64,000 nucleotides of DNA. Source: an uncultured Gammaproteobacteria bacterium. GTDB taxonomy: Bacteria > Patescibacteriota > Patescibacteriia > Magasanikbacterales > UBA922. The stretch is taken from assembly GCA_964394405.1 (NCBI GenBank), contig CAYMVY010000002.1:92-64091 (forward strand). The letters are read 5' to 3'. The notes under the pieces were generated by a model, which was given only the letters and a program-made list of their open reading frames with translations, ran no database searches and was not told where the DNA came from. A program made the position numbers and the translations under genes. Below, in pieces: positions 1 to 8,023 of the stretch; position 1 is the first letter of the stretch; every line of letters starts with the position of its first letter.

Positions 1-40
1 ACCAATAAAAAAAATAGGGAAGTGGTCTCTGGTTATTTTC

Positions 41-457
41 TTTGGTGCCGCGTTATTTTTATTTGGGTGGAATCGATTGCATTGGCCCAAAGCCTCGCTT
101 GAAATCAATGGGCATACGATTCGCGTATTGGTTGCAAAATCAGTGTATCAGCAGTATCGTGGACTAGGAAAACGTGATTCGATTGATCCGTATGATGGTA
201 TGATTTTTCCATTTTTACTTTATGGAAAGCATGGGATCGTGATGCGTGATATGCGATTTCCTATTGATATTATCTGGCTTCATGATGGAGTAGTTGTTGA
301 TTTGGCACAACATGTTCCACTAGAACCTGGTGTAAGTGAAGGGTATTATCATATCTACCGTCCTCGTGCTGATGCAAATGCGGTTTTGGAGCTTCCTGCG
401 GGCAGGGCTCTTGAGCTTGGGATTGTGATTGGGACGGAGATTGAGCAGGTGCGTTAG
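41..457 (+). CDS. DUF192 (COG1430) family protein; start uncertain, TTG/GTG upstream of the tracked start encodes a hydrophobic N-terminus
   Basis: ORF 77..457 translation fits the DUF192 pattern (GMxFP, DIIWL). The upstream in-frame stretch from ~41 encodes a hydrophobic leader (SGLWLFSLVPRYFLFGW) after a stop at 14-16. Confidence 0.55.
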   Translation, partial: FGAALFLFGWNRLHWPKASLEINGHTIRVLVAKSVYQQYRGLGKRDSIDPYDGMIFPFLLYGKHGIVMRDMRFPIDIIWLHDGVVVDLAQHVPLEPGVSEGYYHIYRPRADANAVLELPAGRALELGIVIGTEIEQVR

Positions 458-608
458 CTAGTCTTTTATTCTCTTAAGTTGGTATTTTTTCCGTCACCCT
501 GCCCCTCAGAGGGGAGGGGAGAGTAGACTCTTGACTTTTTTACCTGTTCCCTGTATATTACTCCTGTTTCCCAAAACATTTATTAAAAATCTTAGTTATT
601 TATTTCGT

Positions 609-920
609 ATGTTTGCAGTTATTGAAACCGGCGGAAAACAGTATCTGGTGAAGGCCGGAGATGTTATCAGAGTTGAAAAAATTGAGCTTGAAAAAGGTCA
701 GGAAGCAGTATTTGATAAAGTACTCCTTACTGCTGATGAAAATGGCGAAAATATCGTATTTGGTAAGCCATACATCGATGGCGCAAGTATCCGAGCCACT
801 GTTGAAGAACAGGGACGACACGCGAAAGTTCGTGTGGTCAAGTACAAGCGCAAAGTTCGCTACAAAAGAACGATTGGACATAGACAAGCGTTTACCAAAG
901 TGAAGATTGCAAAAGTGTAA
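609..920 (+). CDS. rplU: 50S ribosomal protein L21
   Basis: MFAVIETGGKQYLVKAGDVIRVEKI... is a canonical L21 N-terminus. The internal ATG at 609 was chosen over the tracked 531 start. Confidence 0.9.
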   Translation: MFAVIETGGKQYLVKAGDVIRVEKIELEKGQEAVFDKVLLTADENGENIVFGKPYIDGASIRATVEEQGRHAKVRVVKYKRKVRYKRTIGHRQAFTKVKIAKV

Positions 921-924
921 TTTT

Positions 925-951
925 AAAAAATCCCGCGAAAGCGGGATTTTT
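925..951. terminator. Rho-independent terminator hairpin with GAAA tetraloop (ATCCCGC-GAAA-GCGGGAT) flanked by A- and T-runs
   Basis: aaaaaatcccgcgaaagcgggattttt lies directly after the rplU stop. The same core recurs in reverse complement at 45585-45604. Confidence 0.8.
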
Positions 952-1011
952 GATTGCAAATATTAATTGACTATGGTTATATTATTCTAACTTCTGCAAG
1001 AGGAGAGTGCT

Positions 1012-1416
1012 ATGTTCCCGCGCCATGAGAGTGTCGTTGAGGGTGAATTCGAGGTTCTGGATGTCACGGACATCATGACAGCTACTGGTACGGACGAAAA
1101 TTCACTTAGACCGGTCACGGTCCATGTGGTGGTCTGGCTTCGGATCAAGAAGCCGGGAACGAGGAATAATGTGTACCGTGCGTACGGACAGTTCGTCTAC
1201 ACGAAAGGAAAGCATCCAACCTTTCGAGATGCGTGTCCGTGGCGTCGTGGTACGGTGATCCCCCATAAGTTCGTTGTTTCTATGCCGGTCGGGCTTACCA
1301 AGTGGTTTCGTACTACTTATGTGAAACCTGAAACTTCACGGAAACCCTTCCTCTGTAGTCAACACGGGGCGATTCTCAATCTCCAAGACTGGTGGGATTC
1401 AGTTCTCACTGCATGA
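1012..1416 (+). CDS. Hypothetical protein encoded in a high-GC islet with a strong SD (AAGAGGAGAG N5 ATG)
   Basis: GC content is clearly above surrounding genes. Codon third positions are G/C-rich. There is a canonical RBS, unlike neighbouring host genes. No family recognised. Confidence 0.6.
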   Translation: MFPRHESVVEGEFEVLDVTDIMTATGTDENSLRPVTVHVVVWLRIKKPGTRNNVYRAYGQFVYTKGKHPTFRDACPWRRGTVIPHKFVVSMPVGLTKWFRTTYVKPETSRKPFLCSQHGAILNLQDWWDSVLTA

Positions 1417-1466
1417 AGCCATGCGCCTGTGGTCCATCTGACTGCGGGCGCGTGCCTCTCTACATT

Positions 1467-1495
1467 AAAAACATCCCGAATTGGTCGGGATGTTT
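1467..1495. terminator. Bidirectional terminator hairpin (AACATCCCGA/TCGGGATGTT) between the convergent ORF 1012 (+) and recR (-)
   Basis: aaaacatcccgaattggtcgggatgtttt has a perfect 10-bp stem with an A-run 5' and a T-run 3'. Confidence 0.75.
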
Positions 1496-2094
1496 TAATT
1501 TGTAGTTCTATTCTTCAGTGCACTCGACAGCGTAATATCATCAGCGTATTGGAGATCGCTTCCCATGGGAAGTCCTCGTGCCAGTCGAGATACTTTTATT
1601 TGTGGGGCAAGCTCTTTAATTTTTTTTTCGAGGTACATCATGGTGGTTTCTCCGTATAAGTCAGGATTGAGAGCTAGGATTATTTCGTCAATTTGGCTTT
1701 TTCGTATCCGTGCAAGCAGTTCTGGAATTTTTAGACCTTTGAAGGAATTTTCATCATGACCTTTGATAAGTCCACGCAAAACATGGTACCCGCCTCTATA
1801 TGATCCTGTTTTTTCGATTACTTCACGATCCTGGGGTTCGGCAACCACACATACTGTCTTTGGGTCACGCTGGGGTGAATTGCAGATGGTACAGGGGTTG
1901 GTATCAGAAAAAGTCCAGCATAGCTCGCAACTCTTTACACTCTCAATTAATTCTTTGAGAGCAATCGTGAGTTCTGCGGCGTCTTTTTTTCCAGATTTGA
2001 GCAAATAAAAAACAAAGCGTTCCGCAGTCCGAGGACCAACGCTTGGAAGACTCGCGAACGCTTGGATGAGGTTTTGTATTGACTTAGAATACAT
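1495..2094 (-). CDS. recR: Recombination protein RecR
   Basis: N-terminal helix-hairpin-helix motif LPSVGPRTAERFVFYLL. C4 zinc finger CELCWTFSDTNPCTIC. Toprim region. Confidence 0.92.
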   Translation of the reverse strand: MYSKSIQNLIQAFASLPSVGPRTAERFVFYLLKSGKKDAAELTIALKELIESVKSCELCWTFSDTNPCTICNSPQRDPKTVCVVAEPQDREVIEKTGSYRGGYHVLRGLIKGHDENSFKGLKIPELLARIRKSQIDEIILALNPDLYGETTMMYLEKKIKELAPQIKVSRLARGLPMGSDLQYADDITLSSALKNRTTN

Positions 2095-2101
2095 GTCTTA
2101 T

Positions 2102-2404
2102 CTAACTTAGTCCCGGTATCTCAGGAAATCCTCCCATTTCTTTCATTTTCATTGCCATAGTGCGCTGCATTTTTTTCAAAGCGTCTTTGTGAGCATCTTT
2201 GATTCCTTCTTCTAATTTTGATTTTTTTTCTGGAGAGAGTAGGGAAGGATCGATTACAACTGAGGTGAGCTCGAGATTGCCATTCATGGTGACCGAAATA
2301 GAGCCACCCGCAGCTGTAGTTGTCACTGATTCCTGGCCCAGAGTATTTTGTAACTCTTTTGCTTTATCTCGGATATCTTTGAACTGTTTCAGTTTATTAA
2401 ACAT
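2102..2404 (-). CDS. ybaB: Nucleoid-associated protein YbaB/EbfC
   Basis: MFNKLKQFKDIRDKAKELQ...GGFPEIPG is typical of YbaB. It forms the conserved ybaB-recR gene pair. Internal ATG used, at 2404 on the minus strand. Confidence 0.85.
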   Translation of the reverse strand: MFNKLKQFKDIRDKAKELQNTLGQESVTTTAAGGSISVTMNGNLELTSVVIDPSLLSPEKKSKLEEGIKDAHKDALKKMQRTMAMKMKEMGGFPEIPGLS

Positions 2405-2484
2405 ACTATGTAAATTAAAAAGTAAAAAGGAAAAAGTCAAAAGAACGTATGTATTCTTTTTACTTCTACCTTTTGTCTTTTGAT

Positions 2485-3885
2485 TTATCCGAGACTAGAT
2501 ACGCCACCACCATGCTGCAAATCAAGATTTTTGTAGCTGGCGCGTGCTTCATCAAAATACACTTTGACTACCCCGGTTGGACCGTTTCTATGTTTTGCAA
2601 TATGAATTTCTCCAATATATCGCTCATCTGGCGGAATATCTTCCATGCGGTAGTTGCGATCTGCTGATTTTCGGTAAATAAACATTACCACGTCAGCATC
2701 CTGCTCAATACTACCAGATTCACGGAGGTGCGCAAGCTTTGGGACAGCAGGTTTGCTTTGCTCTACTGCGCGTGAAAGCTGGGAGAGCGCAATAACCGGA
2801 ACATTGAGTTCTCGGGCAATACCTTTCAAATTTCGGCTAATTTGTGATACTTCTTGCACACGGTTGTCACTAAATTTGTTGGTATGCGATTCCATGAGTT
2901 GTAAGTAATCAATAATGATCATGCCTAAACCATGCTCTGCCTGGAGTTGGCGAGCTTTGGTTCTGATATGCATGACGTTGTTTCCTGGAGTGTCATCGAT
3001 ATAGATGGGTGCTTCGGCCAGGAGACCCATGGCGTGTCCAATACGAGGAAAATCATCGCTATCTGGTCGGTCTGAGAGGTTGCCGGTACGCATTTTCCAT
3101 AGATCGATTCCCGCCTCAGCACAGAGCAGACGATCGACTAATTGTTCTTTACTCATTTCAAGAGAAAATATTCCGACTGGTACTTTCATGCGTACTGCAG
3201 CATGTCGCGCTACATCAAGCGCAAAAGATGTTTTTCCAACCGATGGACGTGCTGCAAGAATAACCAGGTCTGATTTTTGGAATCCTGCAAGGAGGTTGTC
3301 TAGTTGGGTAAATCCACTTGCGATACCGCGTAGTTTCCCTTTTTCTCTATGTAGCTCATCAATGCGATCAAACGCTTCATTAAGAATCCCTCTGATCGGT
3401 GTGAATGTCTGTCGTAAATGTTTTTGTGAGATTGAGAATAGGTGCTGTTGTGCTTCATCGAGTAATACGTCTACATCTTCTTCATCTTCTTTGTACCCAA
3501 GCTTTGAGATTTCATGCGCTGATTGTAATAATCTTCGGAGTGTGGATTTTCTACGCACTATTTTTGCGTATTGCTGTATGTGTGATGCTGTTGGCACGCT
3601 GTTTGATAATTCTACGAGATAGCTTCGTCCCCCGATTTGTTCGAGCTGACCTTTTTCTGCCAAACGATTGGAAACAGTGAGCACATCAATCGGCTCTGAC
3701 TTGCTGTAGAGTTCGAGCATCACTTCAAAAATCATTGAGTGGCCGGTTTTGTAGAAATCTTCAATATCAACCAGATCTGCTATTTTGATCATTGAATCTT
3801 TGTCAATCAAAATAGCTCCCAGCAGAGATTTTTCAGCTTCGAGATTTTGTGGGGGTATTTTTTCTAGTTGTGTAATATCAGCCAT
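2485..3885 (-). CDS. dnaB: Replicative DNA helicase DnaB
   Basis: DnaB N-terminal domain (LEAEKSLLGAIL). RecA-like core with Walker A ARPSVGKTSFALD and LESGSIEQDADVV. Start set at MADITQ (3885) rather than the tracked 3999. Confidence 0.9.
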   Translation of the reverse strand: MADITQLEKIPPQNLEAEKSLLGAILIDKDSMIKIADLVDIEDFYKTGHSMIFEVMLELYSKSEPIDVLTVSNRLAEKGQLEQIGGRSYLVELSNSVPTASHIQQYAKIVRRKSTLRRLLQSAHEISKLGYKEDEEDVDVLLDEAQQHLFSISQKHLRQTFTPIRGILNEAFDRIDELHREKGKLRGIASGFTQLDNLLAGFQKSDLVILAARPSVGKTSFALDVARHAAVRMKVPVGIFSLEMSKEQLVDRLLCAEAGIDLWKMRTGNLSDRPDSDDFPRIGHAMGLLAEAPIYIDDTPGNNVMHIRTKARQLQAEHGLGMIIIDYLQLMESHTNKFSDNRVQEVSQISRNLKGIARELNVPVIALSQLSRAVEQSKPAVPKLAHLRESGSIEQDADVVMFIYRKSADRNYRMEDIPPDERYIGEIHIAKHRNGPTGVVKVYFDEARASYKNLDLQHGGGVSSLG

Positions 3886-3990
3886 AGTCCCTGTATAGTA
3901 CCGCAGTAGTAGGAGTCTTTCAAATGTACATACTGCACAACATGTGCGGAAGGTGTGTGTAACTGGAAAGTTTAAAAAAAATGTGCTACA

Positions 3991-4080
3991 GTGAGCCAAT
4001 AGTTCATAGCAAGAAAGCCAATAGGAATACGAATTCGTGTTTTTATCGACTATTGGCTATGAACTATTGGCTATGAACTA
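3991..4080. promoter_or_regulatory. Divergent dnaB/GT4 intergenic region carrying three copies of a TATTGGCTATGAAC motif (one inverted, two tandem)
   Basis: gccaatagttcatagc at 3995-4010 is the reverse complement of the junction of the tandem tattggctatgaac copies at 4051-4064 and 4065-4078. Confidence 0.5.
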
Positions 4081-4084
4081 AAAT

Positions 4085-5260
4085 ATGAAAATTTGCATTA
4101 TCAATAACATCTATCCACCCTATCACCGTGGGGGAGCAGAACAGGTGGTGGTACAAACCGTAAAAGGTCTGCGAGAGCGAGGACACTCTGTTGTTGTGAT
4201 TACCTCGACTCCAGAGCATGATGAATTGGTAGAGGAACAGGGAGTAAAAATTTATCGGATTAATCCAAAGATGTCATATTTTTATACGGATGCTCATACA
4301 TATGGAATTTTTTCTCGAATACGATGGCATATCGAAAATATCTGGAATAGGGGAGTTGCGGACGCAGTGGATCAGATCATTGAAAATGAGAAACCTGATG
4401 TAGTGCACACGCATAATCTCATGGGATTGTCATTTCTTATTCCACAAAAGATTCGCGCGCGGCGTATCAGGCATGTACATACGATTCACGATGTTCAGCT
4501 TGTTGAACCCAGTGGGATGATTCTCAAAACTAAGGAGCATAGTTTTCGCTACCATGGTCCGCACACACTACTCTATAGTTTTATTACCAGAAAACTATTT
4601 GGTTCTCCTGAGGTGGTTATTTCACCTTCAAAATTTTTACTTGATTTTTATCGAGCGCGCGGTTTTTTTGGCAACTCACTCTGTACTGTTATTAGAAATC
4701 CGCTTACATTTTCAGGCGAACCATTGTATGAAAAGAAGGCTAATACAAAGCTCACTCTTCTCTATGTCGGTCAAATTGAATATCACAAAGGTATTTCAAT
4801 TCTTATTGATACACTTCAGAAACTCGCATCAGTTCCTTTTGAATTGCATATTGCAGGAGGGGGATCACTACTTCCTGAGGTAAAAAAAAGAACAGAACAT
4901 ATGCCACATGTGTTCGTTCACGGGAGAGTGGAGAAGGGTGAACTTCGCGAGTTGTATAAACAAGCTGAAATTACGATTGTACCATCGCTGTGTTATGAAA
5001 ATTCTCCCACAGTTATTTTTGAAAGTTTTTCATTCCACACCCCAGTTCTTGCAAGCAAAATTGAAGGAATCGCAGAACTGATTGAGGAGGGGAAAAATGG
5101 AATTACGTTTGAGGCGGGGAGTGTCAAGGAACTTCTGGAAAAAATACAATGGTGTGCTCTGCATCAACATGAACTTGAGGCAATGAGAAAATTTATTACC
5201 GTGCCAAAGACGAGTAATGAAGAGTATGTCAGAGCGCTTGAGGAGAGTTATCGTTCCTAG
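4085..5260 (+). CDS. Glycosyltransferase family 4 (GT-B, group 1)
   Basis: MKICIINNIYPPYHRGGAEQVV N-terminus, and the C-terminal GT1 core motif E..S.T..E....G.PV.A, are typical of GT4. Confidence 0.8.
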   Translation: MKICIINNIYPPYHRGGAEQVVVQTVKGLRERGHSVVVITSTPEHDELVEEQGVKIYRINPKMSYFYTDAHTYGIFSRIRWHIENIWNRGVADAVDQIIENEKPDVVHTHNLMGLSFLIPQKIRARRIRHVHTIHDVQLVEPSGMILKTKEHSFRYHGPHTLLYSFITRKLFGSPEVVISPSKFLLDFYRARGFFGNSLCTVIRNPLTFSGEPLYEKKANTKLTLLYVGQIEYHKGISILIDTLQKLASVPFELHIAGGGSLLPEVKKRTEHMPHVFVHGRVEKGELRELYKQAEITIVPSLCYENSPTVIFESFSFHTPVLASKIEGIAELIEEGKNGITFEAGSVKELLEKIQWCALHQHELEAMRKFITVPKTSNEEYVRALEESYRS

Positions 5261-7361
5261 TGTATTCAAAAATCCACATCTTATCATCAATCGATTGCCA
5301 TTTATCGGCAGTCGATTTTCCACCTTCTACAATTTTATCAGAATTTTTCCAATACCAGCTGACAACAAAATAGACTTTGTCTACATGTGTTAGATCAAAA
5401 ACTTTGTCTATTGTTTCTCGTTTTTGCCCCTGATACAACATTTCCTCATACAGAATATAGAGTGGTCCACCAGCAGGTATTGAATAATAGAATTGGGGAC
5501 CTTTTTCTGTATCGATATATCTAGCAAAAGGGTATTCGGTAAGCGAGGTGACTGCGGTCAGAATAGTAGAGAGTACTACATAATTATTTTCTGGATTTTG
5601 ATTGTGAATTGTTTGTACCACTTTTTTGTCGTACTCAGTCACATTGAAACCAGGAAAATACACTTTGCCATTGTATTGCGGGTAGGCAAAGTAGAGAGAG
5701 AACATGAGAAGTATTCCAATTTTTATTGACCCGAGAATATATAGTGTATGTGGTTTGATAGATAATTTATTTTGAATCCATAATAATTTTTTTTCTGAAA
5801 ATTTGTATACCCCATACATACTCAAAGGAATAAGTGTGATAATTGCGCCGACTAGTAATCGGAGCGGATAGTTTCCCTGTTCGTGGAAAGAGACGTCGGG
5901 GAATGTGAATAGCGTACGCAGTAGAAACGCGCCTATAAGAAGTCCGGTGCTGGAAGATAGTAGGATCCATGTAATTTTTGTTTTTCGTAGGTATCGTGCG
6001 CCCACAAGGCCAAAGAAAATTACGATAGGTGTGATCGCGTATTGCCAGATATAGAGTATCTCGAGATACCATGCTGCATCAGCTTTGTACCAGAATGGTC
6101 GGATAACATATTCTTTGAATAATGCGACATGTGTGAAGGGGTTTCGTAGCGAAGGAGCTCCATGTCCATTGAGCCATTGTTGCACTCCAAACATCACGAG
6201 TGGAATACTTATCAGAAGGAGTGTCAGTATACTACAGACAATTACCGTGATTTTTTTGGATTGATATTTTTTTTGTATAAACGCTCCTGCAACAATACAC
6301 ATGAGCGGCGCGCCAAGCAGCGGGTGAGTAGCTAGTGCGTATAGGGATACCATACATATAAGAGAAAAGGGGATAATTGAATGGTAATAGCCAACTATAC
6401 CGAGTATTACCAGTACCATCGCGAGAGTAGTCAGATTGTGCGGTGTAGTGAGATTGAATGGTAAGAAAAAAATAAACGGAATTATGAGCGAAATAACGAG
6501 AGCGGATTGTCGTGTAATATTCCAGATTTTTGGAAATATAGCACGGACTAGGGTGGGGATTGAGATAGATGCAAGGATAGGAACAAGGAAGATGTCGATG
6601 TGTTGTATCGATATTCCACTCAATCGTGAGAGTGTTACTACGAGTCCATATTGTCCGATATAGAATGGTTCTTTTGGGCTGATAAAACCATTTTGCAAAA
6701 TCCACGACTCTGTCGCTCGGTGTATGAATCCGTCAAATCCGAAGCCTAATTTGTATACGATTGCTGCGATACAATAAAAAATAAAAAAATGTATGATTAT
6801 TCCCAGTGTCATGATTTTTCCCGAAGTCTTTTGGGATAATAGGTACACTATTATGCTTGTAGATATCGCAAATAGGATAAAAAACCATGGGGAGAACATT
6901 ATCCAGGGTGAGGGCATCAGCTCTCCGCTTCTTGAAGAAATAATAATGAGCATCAGTATAATTTCCAAAAGCAGGAATAGGTATATAAGCTTATTGGAGC
7001 GTGGGTGGTTTGGTATCAATGCATCTTCTGTAGTTTTCTTTTTTGGTAGCAAAAGAAAGAATAATGGGATAATGAAAGATATAATTGAGGTTAGGGGTGT
7101 TATTTTAAATAGATAGTAGAAGATTACATTGGCGAGGGAAATTGACGATAGGAGTATTGCGAACCCTCCCCACCATTGTATCTCTTTATTACTACTCAAG
7201 CGCTCACCAATTGATTTTCCCGCAATAACGAGATAGGTAATGCATGCAATGCCTGATACTATGGGCGCATCATAGATGTAGGCTTCGATGGTGCATAGTA
7301 TCAGAGAGACGCATAGCAGGACTGTTCGTATGTTGATTTTTGTGCTTATTTTAGCTATCAT
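5229..7361 (-). CDS. Large polytopic membrane protein, putative GT-C-type glycosyltransferase or polysaccharide-related
   Basis: 710 aa with more than 12 predicted TM helices followed by a soluble C-terminal domain. It lies in the glycosylation cluster. The family was not resolved from sequence. Confidence 0.4.
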   Translation of the reverse strand: MIAKISTKINIRTVLLCVSLILCTIEAYIYDAPIVSGIACITYLVIAGKSIGERLSSNKEIQWWGGFAILLSSISLANVIFYYLFKITPLTSIISFIIPLFFLLLPKKKTTEDALIPNHPRSNKLIYLFLLLEIILMLIIISSRSGELMPSPWIMFSPWFFILFAISTSIIVYLLSQKTSGKIMTLGIIIHFFIFYCIAAIVYKLGFGFDGFIHRATESWILQNGFISPKEPFYIGQYGLVVTLSRLSGISIQHIDIFLVPILASISIPTLVRAIFPKIWNITRQSALVISLIIPFIFFLPFNLTTPHNLTTLAMVLVILGIVGYYHSIIPFSLICMVSLYALATHPLLGAPLMCIVAGAFIQKKYQSKKITVIVCSILTLLLISIPLVMFGVQQWLNGHGAPSLRNPFTHVALFKEYVIRPFWYKADAAWYLEILYIWQYAITPIVIFFGLVGARYLRKTKITWILLSSSTGLLIGAFLLRTLFTFPDVSFHEQGNYPLRLLVGAIITLIPLSMYGVYKFSEKKLLWIQNKLSIKPHTLYILGSIKIGILLMFSLYFAYPQYNGKVYFPGFNVTEYDKKVVQTIHNQNPENNYVVLSTILTAVTSLTEYPFARYIDTEKGPQFYYSIPAGGPLYILYEEMLYQGQKRETIDKVFDLTHVDKVYFVVSWYWKNSDKIVEGGKSTADKWQSIDDKMWIFEYTRNDNSPQAL

Positions 7362-7385
7362 ATATGTAACAGTCTATACGATTTT

Positions 7386-8009
7386 ATGGGATTTATCAAA
7401 CGGTTCAAAGAGCGGAATGGGGACTTATTCGTGTATTTGAAAGCAGAAGAAGTTCATCCACATGACTATTTTTTGGCAAAAACGATACTCAAATGGTTTC
7501 CATCGAGTATTACCCCGAATCGGATAAGCATTTTTAGAATTTTAGCAACTCCTGTTGTTTTTTATTTGATACTCAATGGCTTTTATCGAATTGGGATTAT
7601 CACTTTTCTTCTAGTAGCATTTACTGATGCTCTCGACGGTTCTCTCGCTCGGACAGAGAATAAGGTGACCAAGTTTGGGATGCTTATTGATCCTGTGGCT
7701 GATAAATTTCTCGTAGGATCGATTATTCTTATTTTGGTTTTTAGAAATCTCAATCCTTGGCTAGGTATTGCAGTTTTGGGAATTGAGGTGGTATTTATTG
7801 TTTCAGCATTAGTGTCGCGGATAAAATTTAAAACTGTCCGAATGGCAAACAGATGGGGTAAGATTAAGATGTTTCTTCAGGTACTCGCTATGTGTGCGAT
7901 TATGTTTGGGTTGGTACTCGATGTACCTATATTTTTTTCATTCGCAACTGGAATTTTGGGACTTGCAATCGGATTTGCTATTGTGAGTTTGTTTAAACAT
8001 GGACTTTAA
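7386..8009 (+). CDS. CDP-alcohol phosphatidyltransferase family protein
   Basis: Signature D-G-x2-A-R-x8-G-x3-D-x3-D is present as DALDGSLARTENKVTKFGMLIDPVADK. It is a multi-TM protein. Confidence 0.8.
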   Translation: MGFIKRFKERNGDLFVYLKAEEVHPHDYFLAKTILKWFPSSITPNRISIFRILATPVVFYLILNGFYRIGIITFLLVAFTDALDGSLARTENKVTKFGMLIDPVADKFLVGSIILILVFRNLNPWLGIAVLGIEVVFIVSALVSRIKFKTVRMANRWGKIKMFLQVLAMCAIMFGLVLDVPIFFSFATGILGLAIGFAIVSLFKHGL

Positions 8010-8023
8010 GTACGTATTGTAGT

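Noticed and set aside
2925-3622. ORFs 3005..3622 (+), 3009..3263 (+), 2925..3122 (-), 3405..3680 (+) inside dnaB
   Set aside because: They are entirely embedded in or antisense to the well-supported dnaB reading frame, and no independent signals were found.
5493-7116. Short ORFs inside and antisense to the 710-aa membrane-protein gene (5493, 5767, 6232, 6436, 6793)
   Set aside because: They are embedded in a long, uninterrupted, hydrophobic reading frame with consistent codon usage. No start or RBS context was found.
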